From Promethearchaeota archaeon (GTDB lineage: Archaea; Asgardarchaeota; Lokiarchaeia; Sigyniarchaeales; SOKP01), in the NCBI GenBank assembly GCA_048938445.1, contig JBHLME010000089.1, positions 1 through 18,421 of the forward strand: a DNA stretch of 18,421 nt, read 5' to 3'. Below the pieces are notes generated by a model that ran no database searches, was not told where the DNA came from, and saw only the letters and a program-made list of their open reading frames with translations. Positions 7,778-16,409 of the stretch are shown here, piece by piece (positions within the stretch are counted from its first letter, which is position 1; each line of letters starts with the position of its first letter). A program made the position numbers and the translations under genes.

Positions 7778-9175
7778 ATGAATAAAGAGAGATCCTCAAT
7801 AATGATAGAAGAAATTATAAAAAAAAGTAATGACCAATTTATAAATGATGAGTTGAGACCCTTTTTAAAAATTCCAAGTAATACCCTAAATAAAGATGGT
7901 ATATTAAAAGCTAAAGATTTTATTCTATCTTATATCTCAGATTTTTGTGAATCTATAGAAGAAATTGAGGGAGAAATTAATCCGTTATTCTTGGCTAGAG
8001 TAAATGGGAAGTTAAAAGAGACCATGCTCATATATATGATGTATGACACACAACCAATAAATAAAAAAAAAGAATGGATGAGTGATCCTTTTAGAGCAGA
8101 AATTTGTAAGCTTCCTCCTCCTCTAGATATATTAGGAAATTGTATAATAGCAAGAGGTGCCTATAATTCAAAAACTCCAATGCTTAGTTTTCTGAATGTA
8201 ATTAAGATTTTAAAAATGAATAATTTACTCCCTATATCGCTCTTACTACTAATCGATGGCGAAGAAGAGAAAGGTTCTCCTACATTGTTAAAAATATTAG
8301 AAAAAAACAAGGATAAATTCATTAATTGTATAGATGCATTCTATCCTTCTACAAAGCAGGATATAGATGGAAAAGCTGTTATAAAATTAGGATATAAGGG
8401 GATTCTGTCTTTTAATATAAGAATTTATACTAAAAATAAAGAACCACATTCAGCATTTAGTGCATTAATTCCTAATCCGGCATCAGAATTAATCTCATTA
8501 CTCAATTTATTCTATTCGAACTATAATTTTCAAATAAATTGTCTAAAAAAACCATATATCCTCACTCCAGAAGAAAAATCTATTATGGAGGAATTAGTTA
8601 AAGTTATTAATCTTGAGAAAATAATGAAAAAAGCAGGAATTACCAACATAATAGAAGATGATCCTGAAATAGCCATTTTTAGATATTTGTATGAATCAAC
8701 GTTTAATATTTCTACTTTAAAATCAGGATTTTTAAAAAAAGGCTCTAAAAATTACGTTCCTAATGAAGCTTCATGTAATGTTGATATTAGATTTGCACAT
8801 GATATTTCTATAGGGGAAATAATTAAAGAAATCAAAGAAATTGTTAATAGTTTTTCAAAAAGTTCAAAATCTACAGTAGAATTAACTTTAGATTTAGGAT
8901 ATAAAGGTTCTCGAGTCAATATCAACTCTAGATTAATTCAGAGCCTTATTAGTTGCTTAAATTCCCTAGATGTTGAGACTCAGATATGGCCACTAAGTCC
9001 TGCAGCTGCCCCACTAAGTAAAATTAATGAAGAATTAGGATTAAATTTTGTCGTAGGAGGTTTAGGGATTGGAGGCTTTGCACATTCTCCGAATGAGTTT
9101 ATTCAAGTAGATTCTATAATAAAAACTAGGTTATCATTTTACTACTTTTTGAGAAAATACTCTGAAATGATTTAA
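7778..9175 (+). CDS. M20/M25/M40 family metallo-hydrolase (ArgE/DapE/dipeptidase-like) with atypical metal ligands
   Basis: FLKIPS, YMMYDTQP, W.SDPF, ARGAYNSK, DGEEEKGS, LGYKG, KNYVP..A...DIR and AHSPNE motifs. True start may be 7802. Confidence 0.88.
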   Translation: MNKERSSIMIEEIIKKSNDQFINDELRPFLKIPSNTLNKDGILKAKDFILSYISDFCESIEEIEGEINPLFLARVNGKLKETMLIYMMYDTQPINKKKEWMSDPFRAEICKLPPPLDILGNCIIARGAYNSKTPMLSFLNVIKILKMNNLLPISLLLLIDGEEEKGSPTLLKILEKNKDKFINCIDAFYPSTKQDIDGKAVIKLGYKGILSFNIRIYTKNKEPHSAFSALIPNPASELISLLNLFYSNYNFQINCLKKPYILTPEEKSIMEELVKVINLEKIMKKAGITNIIEDDPEIAIFRYLYESTFNISTLKSGFLKKGSKNYVPNEASCNVDIRFAHDISIGEIIKEIKEIVNSFSKSSKSTVELTLDLGYKGSRVNINSRLIQSLISCLNSLDVETQIWPLSPAAAPLSKINEELGLNFVVGGLGIGGFAHSPNEFIQVDSIIKTRLSFYYFLRKYSEMI

Positions 9176-9328
9176 AGATTTATTATTTATAAAGATAAAT
9201 TCTAATAATATTCAAAATTATGTTTTTATAAAATATTTTATATTGTTGTTAGTATAATAATTATAAAAATATTTTTTTCTTATGTAAGTTTAAGATAAAA
9301 GTACGAGAAAATAATCATTCTTAACGAG

Positions 9329-9868
9329 TTGATTTACATTCAAGACGTTCTATTCAAGATTTGCATATTTGGAGATGGTGGTGTTGGTAAGACCACATTG
9401 TTGAATAGATATCTCACAGGATTATTCACAGAAGATTCTGGCATAACTATTGGAGTAGATTTTCACTTAAAAAAAATTACAATGGATGAGAGAAGAGTCT
9501 CATTACAAATTTGGGATTTTGCTGGAGAGGATAGATTTAGATTTCTTTTACCAAGTTATTTAATGGGTGCATCTGGAGGAATTTTTATGTTTGATATAAC
9601 GAGATATACAAGTTTAACGAATTTTAAAGATTGGTTAAAAGTTGTTGAACAAGGAACACAAAATCAAAGAGAAAGTATACCTATACTAATGGTTGGAAGC
9701 AAATTAGATTTAGAACATAAAAGAGCTGTTCCTATGGAGGATGCAATGGAAATAGCTAAACAAAATGGATTATATGGGTATGTAGAATGCTCCTCTAAAA
9801 CAGGTCAAAACGTAGAAGAAATTTTCATAGAATTAACCAAAGAAATGATCAGAAAAGCTAATCTTTAA
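9329..9868 (+). CDS. Rab-like small GTPase
   Basis: FKICIFGDGGVGKTT, TIGVDF (RabF1), LQIWDFAGEDRFR, GSKLDL, ECSSKTGQNVEEIF. TTG start; no C-terminal Cys tail. Confidence 0.95.
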   Translation: MIYIQDVLFKICIFGDGGVGKTTLLNRYLTGLFTEDSGITIGVDFHLKKITMDERRVSLQIWDFAGEDRFRFLLPSYLMGASGGIFMFDITRYTSLTNFKDWLKVVEQGTQNQRESIPILMVGSKLDLEHKRAVPMEDAMEIAKQNGLYGYVECSSKTGQNVEEIFIELTKEMIRKANL

Positions 9869-10803
9869 TATTAAGAAGACATATTAAAAAAATAAAATAT
9901 TCTTTAAATTTTTAGTTTGCTAATTCAAAATTAGTAATTATATTCTTTAATATAAGAAATTACTTATTTTTACATTAGTTTAATCATTATTATTTAAAAT
10001 TTTTATATCGAGAGGCAATATGGGCATAAAAATTTTTCTAATTTCATTATTATTAAAAAATTTTATGATTAAATTGACTCCAACAAATAAGATTTTTATT
10101 TTTTTTTTCTTAAGTAAATTAAACAACTATTCAAATAAAATGTACTAAATATCTTAACCAAATCAGGTAAAATATTAATTTAAGGCAATTTTAATAATTT
10201 CATCTTAAAAAAGAAAAATTTGATTTGTAAAAAAGTTACTTTTTTTTATCAAAGATCCTCGTAAATGTACAAATCAGTGTTCATTTATTAACAAGAAATA
10301 TCAATGGATTAATAATTTCTTTTTGACGATATTAACTCCTTAATAAATCAAAAAATTTGTTATTCTATTAATAATATCAACTACGTAGAATGTGCGTTAA
10401 TTGTTAATAATTTCGATATTTATAGACTATATTATTAATTTGATTATGGAAATTAAATTTTTCCTATTTAATATTTTATAATTTTAATTTATTAATTATT
10501 AAACTTTTAATTTTAGATTATTTTTTTCAATAAAAGGTCTTAAAGTCGCCGACGAAAACAATTTATTTATATTCCCCCAAAATTATTAAAATCTTTAATC
10601 AATACCAAGATATAATTATTTCGGAATAAAAATAAACTAATAATAATAAAACAAGTGCCTTGAAAATCGTTTAATAAGTTCTTAAGAATTATTGAAAATT
10701 GTTAGTTTTTAATATGATTTATAGAGATAATTTTCAAATCTATATGAAATAAAATAAAAAATAAATGAATTTTAGTAAAAAATACATGATATCGTCAATA
10801 ATT

Positions 10804-11286
10804 TTACGTTATGTAGTAAAATCTCCTTATCCAATCTCTAACTAAATGAACTTGTGTAAAAGCTCTTCTTTTCGATTTTTGATGCATTAATCTGCGTTTT
10901 AAATGAACCTTTTGCACGGATGCAACCCATTGACGGACATCCCAGATTTGTATGAACTTCATTAATGTAGCACTTTCCAAAGTAAAGATCCGATTATACT
11001 TTCTTTGGATTGGAATTCTAATTAAATTATTTACCACAACCAAACCCAATATGACATCAAGGATTAACACGATCCAATTTAAAATAATGCTCTGTAGAGC
11101 GAGGGTAATTGTTAAAAAGATACCAAGTCCAATTTTAACAACAGCTAATGAAAATGGGAATCCAGATCCATCTAAAGTTTTTTTAAGTAAAGGATTTGCT
11201 TCTTGACATCCGTTTTTAATGGCTACATTAGTAGTTATTAAATCTAAAAATTGAAATATAATAAATAAAATCCCCAAAAATATCAT
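10804..11286 (-). CDS. Small membrane protein, DUF5658-like, with basic C-terminal tail
   Basis: D-x-x-T-T...G-x-x-E-A-N-P motif (DLITT..NGCQEANPL), about 3 TM helices, and a Lys/Arg-rich C-terminus. Family call is from recalled motif only. Confidence 0.65.
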   Translation of the reverse strand: MIFLGILFIIFQFLDLITTNVAIKNGCQEANPLLKKTLDGSGFPFSLAVVKIGLGIFLTITLALQSIILNWIVLILDVILGLVVVNNLIRIPIQRKYNRIFTLESATLMKFIQIWDVRQWVASVQKVHLKRRLMHQKSKRRAFTQVHLVRDWIRRFYYIT

Positions 11287-11415
11287 TGAATTACCTTACA
11301 ATGTTATATTCTTATAAATTAATTATCTAAGTCTAACTTAAAAAAGATTTTTTAATTCCTAGATGTACGACGCAAAAGAAAGAAAATTTTTCATCAAAAA
11401 AATATAATATAAAAA

Positions 11416-12204
11416 TTAATTTGATAGACGACGATCTATAAATTCATCTATTAAACTCAAGTCATACTTACTTAATCTTGGAATTCTCAATTCTTTAGCT
11501 ATTAATTTTAACATGTCTTTTTTTGAGATACTATCATCGTGTTTCATTATATTATTTGCATTTTCTGCTCTAAGGATGAAATTTTTTATTTCTCTTTGAA
11601 TTAATTTTACCTGCTCTGTTGGATTAAATATCTCTAGAGCTTTTTTAATGAGATCCTCTTCAAACTTTACTTTGTTTTCCCAAGGAATATTTAGAATCTT
11701 TTTCTTAGCATCAATTAAAAATGTCTCATGATGATCTTCTGTTTTTAGTTCACTTCTTTTAATTGATTTAATAACCTGTTCGGAATCCCTATACTTGCTA
11801 GGAATTATTGCATCACCAATAGTTTTCAGAACCTGTACTATGTTTTCAGAAGCATCATCATAAACAAAACCTATTGGGTAATTGAATATTCTGGCATGCA
11901 TCAAATATGATGCACCATCAAAACCAACTAATTCCAAAGCATAATTTAAAGTAAGCTGCTCAGGTCTTTGAAATTTCTCTTGCTCTTGTCCATTAGAAGT
12001 TCCCATTAACAAATCAATTCTTTCATATCCTCTTACATGTCCTTGAGTATCTATGAATACGATGAATCGGTGTTTGTTGCATGCTGCTCCTGAAGGAACT
12101 TCAATTTTAAAAATACCGAATTTCTTTTGAGAGAGAATCTCATCTGGAATACTGATTTTGCTCTCACTTTCACAAAAGGGGCATTTAACATCAACGTCTC
12201 TCAT
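11416..12204 (-). CDS. Hypothetical protein with N-terminal Zn-ribbon-like domain (CxxC...CxxH)
   Basis: CPFC...CNKHRFIVFIDTQGHVRGYERID, a pattern I recall from Lokiarchaeia hypothetical proteins; helical C-terminus. Confidence 0.8.
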   Translation of the reverse strand: MRDVDVKCPFCESESKISIPDEILSQKKFGIFKIEVPSGAACNKHRFIVFIDTQGHVRGYERIDLLMGTSNGQEQEKFQRPEQLTLNYALELVGFDGASYLMHARIFNYPIGFVYDDASENIVQVLKTIGDAIIPSKYRDSEQVIKSIKRSELKTEDHHETFLIDAKKKILNIPWENKVKFEEDLIKKALEIFNPTEQVKLIQREIKNFILRAENANNIMKHDDSISKKDMLKLIAKELRIPRLSKYDLSLIDEFIDRRLSN

Positions 12205-12399
12205 TTTTTCTTCGAATTCCTAAATTATAGTTGGAATTATCTTCAATTACTTTAATTTCTACTGGTATAATATTTTTAATAGAACTGGTTTTACTATAAA
12301 TAAGTATCGTGTTTAGAATATAAAAATTTAATTTTCTTAGTATTTAAAGTTTTTTTATGGTTTTATTTATATAGATACGAAATTCAAGAGCTTCATGCG

Positions 12400-12412
12400 A
12401 AAAAAAAAAAAA
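12400..12412 (-). terminator. Oligo-T archaeal terminator candidate after the kinase-HAD pair
   Basis: A13 on + (T13 on -), about 30 nt downstream of the HAD stop at 12442. Confidence 0.5.
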
Positions 12413-12441
12413 TTTACAAAATATAAGAATAATTCGTTATT

Positions 12442-13284
12442 TTAATTAGAAAAAATCTCATCTAAGTTGTTATAAATAAAATCAGGAATTAAATCTTTAT
12501 CTAGTGAGTCGAAATTTAAATTTAAATCATCCATCATTGTTTTTGTAGTAACTCCCGTTAAAACTATAGCTGTATTAATTCCTGCACGGTTTCCTGCTAA
12601 AATATCTGTTTCAACTCGATCTCCAAAAATAATAGCTTGATTTGGTTTAATAGCTTCCTCTTTTATAATTAAATTAATTCCATGGGGTTGCGGTTTTCCA
12701 AAAATTTTAATGGGGGCTTTTCCCGTGCAAGTTGTCACTGCATTCACCATTACACCTGCTCCAGGCATTAATCCATCTGCAACAGGTAAGGTAGTATCTG
12801 CATTTGTAGCATAAAATTTAGCATTTCCCTCTAATATACATCGTTGAGCGATTGCAAGCGCATTATAATTAAAATGAATATCTAAACCAACTATTACAAA
12901 ATCAATTTCATTATATTTTGATTTTGTAGGTTTTGGTATAATTTTATGTCCTAACGCTTTTAATTCTTCTTTTAATCCATTTTCTCCAATCACGTAAATA
13001 TTAGCATTTTTCTTTATTTTAGTAATTTCCTGTGAAGTTATTGAAGCACTCGTGTAAAAATCTGAATATTCACATTCAATATTTAACCTTTTTAACCTTT
13101 CTACATACATTTGTCGTGTAATTGTTGAGTTATTCGAATTATAAACAACCCTAATGGATAAATCTTTTAAATCTTGAATTATATTGTCAACATTAGGAAT
13201 CAACACCTGTCCTCGGTAGACTACTCCATCTAAATCAAAAATCGCCACTTTAATGTGTTTTAATTCTTGGATCAATTCTCGCAT
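12442..13284 (-). CDS. HAD-IIA family phosphatase (NagD-like)
   Basis: Motif I DLDGVV, motif II SNNST, ATNAD, PGAG, motif III GKP, motif IV GDRVETDI. Start moved to the ATG at 13284 (MRELIQ), because the 18 upstream codons look intergenic and overlap the upstream gene. Confidence 0.93.
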   Translation of the reverse strand: MRELIQELKHIKVAIFDLDGVVYRGQVLIPNVDNIIQDLKDLSIRVVYNSNNSTITRQMYVERLKRLNIECEYSDFYTSASITSQEITKIKKNANIYVIGENGLKEELKALGHKIIPKPTKSKYNEIDFVIVGLDIHFNYNALAIAQRCILEGNAKFYATNADTTLPVADGLMPGAGVMVNAVTTCTGKAPIKIFGKPQPHGINLIIKEEAIKPNQAIIFGDRVETDILAGNRAGINTAIVLTGVTTKTMMDDLNLNFDSLDKDLIPDFIYNNLDEIFSN

Positions 13285-13331
13285 AATACTTTTAAATAAG
13301 AGAGTTAATATAATATTAATTTTAAAAAAAA

Positions 13332-14513
13332 TTACCATCCAATTGTTAATCCTGGAAGTAGTAAACTTACTAGCATTACTCCAACCGTGATCATTATGGG
13401 ATTTAAAAGATTATCTGCTATTGATAGAGGAAAATAATCTAATAGAAAGAATATCAATCCTGTGATTAAACCATATATTGGACCTAGAAACATTAGTCCG
13501 ATTATAAATGCGCTACCTGATCCTGCGATAAATCCTTCTAGGGATTTAATATCTCCATTTATGCATTTTATCTTATGAGTTCCGTATTTCCTCCCTATTA
13601 ATGCAGCTAAAGCATCAGAAATGCATGCGATAACTATTGATGCCATTACTACAGAATCGAGGACCAATCCCATGATAAAAAGTAAGTATGAAAAAATAAC
13701 ACCTGCCAAGAGATAAATCTGAGGTCCTATTGCATTATATTCTTTATTTCTTAGTATTGCCCGTGTGACTACATTAAATAAGGAATACTCTGGACCCCAA
13801 AGAACCCGAATTAATTCAGAAGTTATTGTAAAAATCAAAGCAGCAATTAAAGCAAAAAAGGTGAGATCGATTACCGCTTGAGGATCTAAAGGAACATAAG
13901 GATAATCACTAACTGATCCCCATAAAAGATTATAAGACCATTCAACTTGTTTTATAAAAATGATAATAGAGTCATTAACTAATGAAGTAAGTGGTGCTAG
14001 GAAAAAAAATCCATAATATGCAAGTAAAATTAATATACAACATAAATGAAATGCTTTTCGAATCGCTTCCATTTTAATTGAAATTTGTTCCTTGTAAGGA
14101 CTTTCATTTTTAATAAAAACTACATATTTCTGGAGAGGTTTTAATTTTACAATTCCTCCATCAAGTGGTAATCCATTAATTTTTATATTGTCTACTTTTT
14201 TAATATTTCTACGCATTATTAATGCAAATAGGTAATTAACAAGCAAAATGATACCTATCCACCATACCATGAAACCATTGAAAGGATAAGGTAATAATCC
14301 AAAATAACTACCATTCTCTCTGGGTAATATTAGATTAAAAACTCCAAAAATTATAAATATTATACCACATACTATCGTGGAACCTCCTCCATAACGATTA
14401 TTGGATTTGAAACCTCTTTTTGAAATTAAAAACATTAAACCAGCTATAATAAAGAAATATAAAGAAAATGTAACGTTATATATATTTGCTACAATATTCC
14501 AAACCAAGTCCAT
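13332..14513 (-). CDS. CTP-dependent diacylglycerol/polyprenol (dolichol/phytol) kinase family membrane protein with extra N-terminal TM region
   Basis: RKAFH, DALAALIGRKYG, KSLEG and DNL motifs of the Dgk1/Sec59/VTE5 superfamily; many TM helices. Confidence 0.88.
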   Translation of the reverse strand: MDLVWNIVANIYNVTFSLYFFIIAGLMFLISKRGFKSNNRYGGGSTIVCGIIFIIFGVFNLILPRENGSYFGLLPYPFNGFMVWWIGIILLVNYLFALIMRRNIKKVDNIKINGLPLDGGIVKLKPLQKYVVFIKNESPYKEQISIKMEAIRKAFHLCCILILLAYYGFFFLAPLTSLVNDSIIIFIKQVEWSYNLLWGSVSDYPYVPLDPQAVIDLTFFALIAALIFTITSELIRVLWGPEYSLFNVVTRAILRNKEYNAIGPQIYLLAGVIFSYLLFIMGLVLDSVVMASIVIACISDALAALIGRKYGTHKIKCINGDIKSLEGFIAGSGSAFIIGLMFLGPIYGLITGLIFFLLDYFPLSIADNLLNPIMITVGVMLVSLLLPGLTIGW

Positions 14514-14675
14514 AATAAATCGCTCTTTCTATTAAAGAATTTATCAACTAGTTTTTAATATAATCAAATAAATAGTTGATCTTTAAAATAAATAATGATT
14601 TAAATGTTTATAAAACTTTAACTCTTCATTTATTTGATTTTCAAACGTCTAAACCAAGAATGTCGTGAACATTGT

Positions 14676-15647
14676 TTAAAAATATAAATTTGAAGGCTCT
14701 AAGATCTTTGGAAAAAATGGACGGAGAAAATTCAATGCACTAAAACAAAGGTGACATTTATCAGCATATCCATCTTGTGGCTTATATCCTTTCTCGACTG
14801 CCATCTCAAGAAGATTTTGAGGTCCGCCCTTTGCAACTAACTTTCCGATTATTGGGTGTTTTCTATAGCTAAAATTACTGATGATTTCAGATAATGGTTT
14901 ATTCTTTGTATTTCCAATACAAATTCCATGACATAATTGATGAAAAACCCATCCGTTGGGATCAATCATGAACGCTGGTGTTTTAAAAAAAAGACACTTA
15001 TCTACGAGCGTTGTTGTCCTTGAATACTCCCTTGTAAGTTCTTTTACGGCTCTGCCTCTAACTTGTAAGTCTGTGGTAATTGTCTCCAAAAACTCAAATT
15101 CTTTTAAAAGCGTACTGGTAATTTCCTTTGTCCTCTTGTTAAAGGCATTCTTCTCATTTTTAATTCCCAGATTTTGTGCAATCAAATGAATCCATTCAAT
15201 TCCTGCTTCATAAGCGGCTCTTATTGCTTGCTTAACATCATCAATTGGTATAAATTCTTGATGGAAAGCATCAACACTAAAGCCAATATGATTTAATCCT
15301 GCTTCTTTTAATTGTAAAGCATATTCTTTAGCAATTTTCTTATTTTTCCCCCAAAATCCATTCGTAGGTAAGCCAATTTTTGGAATTTCATATCGTTTCA
15401 CTTCCTTGACGAGACTAACTAATAAATCAAAATTTAGGAATGGTTCACCTCCAAAAAAACCTACTTCCCCAATTTCATAATAAGAAGTGATATCTTCCAT
15501 ATATCTTTTAACATCTTCTAATTTTATTGAAAGATTGTCTTGTTTTGGGGAACCTTGTAATGCACAATGCTTGCATTCATTTGTACATCTATAAGACACA
15601 AGAAAAGTAAGAAAATAGATTTTTTTTTTAAAAGTCTCATTACACAT
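14676..15647 (-). CDS. Radical SAM protein with Cys-containing C-terminal (SPASM/twitch-like) region
   Basis: CTNECKHC (CxxxCxxC), GGEP, TNGFW, SVDAFHQ, GRA, IDPNG..CHGICIGN, CHLC. Confidence 0.93.
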   Translation of the reverse strand: MCNETFKKKIYFLTFLVSYRCTNECKHCALQGSPKQDNLSIKLEDVKRYMEDITSYYEIGEVGFFGGEPFLNFDLLVSLVKEVKRYEIPKIGLPTNGFWGKNKKIAKEYALQLKEAGLNHIGFSVDAFHQEFIPIDDVKQAIRAAYEAGIEWIHLIAQNLGIKNEKNAFNKRTKEITSTLLKEFEFLETITTDLQVRGRAVKELTREYSRTTTLVDKCLFFKTPAFMIDPNGWVFHQLCHGICIGNTKNKPLSEIISNFSYRKHPIIGKLVAKGGPQNLLEMAVEKGYKPQDGYADKCHLCFSALNFLRPFFPKILEPSNLYF

Positions 15648-15716
15648 GTATTATCAACTCTTTTTTTTTAAATTCAATATTTTTTATAAAATTTTACTTG
15701 ATTAATTTTGCTTAAA

Positions 15717-16301
15717 TTATTCATTCTCTTTATCCAATTTATTTCTAAGTTCTAAAATTGTTTCATCAAAGTCCTTGATATATTCATTCATGCGATCGCG
15801 ATTTTCTATAATCGAGGCTCTCATTGATTCTAATAGTTGGAGTCTTTCATTAAGATTTAAATCCCCGGTAAATTTATCTGGTTTTAGAGCAGTTGGTAAC
15901 ATCTGGATATTTGGAATCTCATCAAATTGTTCCAGCTCTTCTATATTAACTGAACTACCATTTATAATCGTTGTCATTAAAAAGCGACGATAAGATTTAC
16001 GTATCTTTCGCTGAGTTTGTTTCATTAATTTTAATGTTTCTCGACCTTTATCAGTAATTTCATAAACTTTCCTATTTTTAGCATCTTCGATAAGTCTAAT
16101 AAATCCTTTTTCTCTTTGGTTATTTAAAATCCAATATAGCGTTGATGCTCTAGGTTTCCACATTCCTAAAGTGCGTTTTTCTATTTCTCTCCCGATCTTG
16201 TAACCATGAGAAGGGTGTTTCTCAAGTATAGAAAGGACAAATATATTAATGAAGTTTTTTTTCAATACTTTTTCAAAATTTTTATGATAATTTTCAGACA
16301 A
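15717..16301 (-). CDS. PadR-family winged-helix transcriptional regulator
   Basis: VLSILEKHPSHGYKI, STLYWIL, RKVYEITDKGRETL; C-terminal coiled coil; TTG start. Confidence 0.92.
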   Translation of the reverse strand: MSENYHKNFEKVLKKNFINIFVLSILEKHPSHGYKIGREIEKRTLGMWKPRASTLYWILNNQREKGFIRLIEDAKNRKVYEITDKGRETLKLMKQTQRKIRKSYRRFLMTTIINGSSVNIEELEQFDEIPNIQMLPTALKPDKFTGDLNLNERLQLLESMRASIIENRDRMNEYIKDFDETILELRNKLDKENE

Positions 16302-16352
16302 GGTTAGCTTAACTCAGAATTTTGGATAATAAATTGTTTTTATGTTATTAAA

Positions 16353-16383
16353 TACCAGTTACTGGAACTACCAGTTACTGGTA
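16353..16383. promoter_or_regulatory. Tandem palindromic operator (2 x TACCAGT-T-ACTGG(A/T)A), probable PadR autoregulatory site
   Basis: 16353..16367 TACCAGTTACTGGAA and 16369..16383 TACCAGTTACTGGTA, 16-bp period, lying between a TATA-like box and the PadR start. Confidence 0.75.
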
Positions 16384-16401
16384 TAATAAAATAATAGAAT
16401 A

Positions 16402-16409
16402 TTTATATA
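16402..16409 (-). promoter_or_regulatory. Putative TATA box (with upstream A-rich BRE-like tract) for the PadR gene
   Basis: Minus strand reads AAAAAAACAAA-TATATAAA; the expected start site about 25-30 nt downstream falls inside the operator. Confidence 0.5.

Noticed and set aside
7486-7785. 99-aa + strand ORF
   Set aside because: Antisense to the well-supported roadblock gene.
10952-11206. 84-aa + strand ORF
   Set aside because: Antisense to the DUF5658-like gene, which has the recognisable motif.
13285-13338. N-terminal 18 codons of the HAD ORF as given in the ORF track
   Set aside because: AT-rich and intergenic-looking; the ATG at 13284 gives a normal distance to motif I.
14956-15189. 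77-aa + strand ORF as a possible RiPP precursor for the radical SAM enzyme
   Set aside because: Entirely antisense within the radical SAM gene; no precursor-like features.
15775-15993. 72-aa + strand ORF
   Set aside because: Antisense shadow of the PadR gene.
16353-16383. Tandem repeat as a CRISPR remnant or origin recognition box
   Set aside because: Only two 15-bp units with a 1-bp gap and no spacers, cas or cdc6 genes; position fits an operator better.
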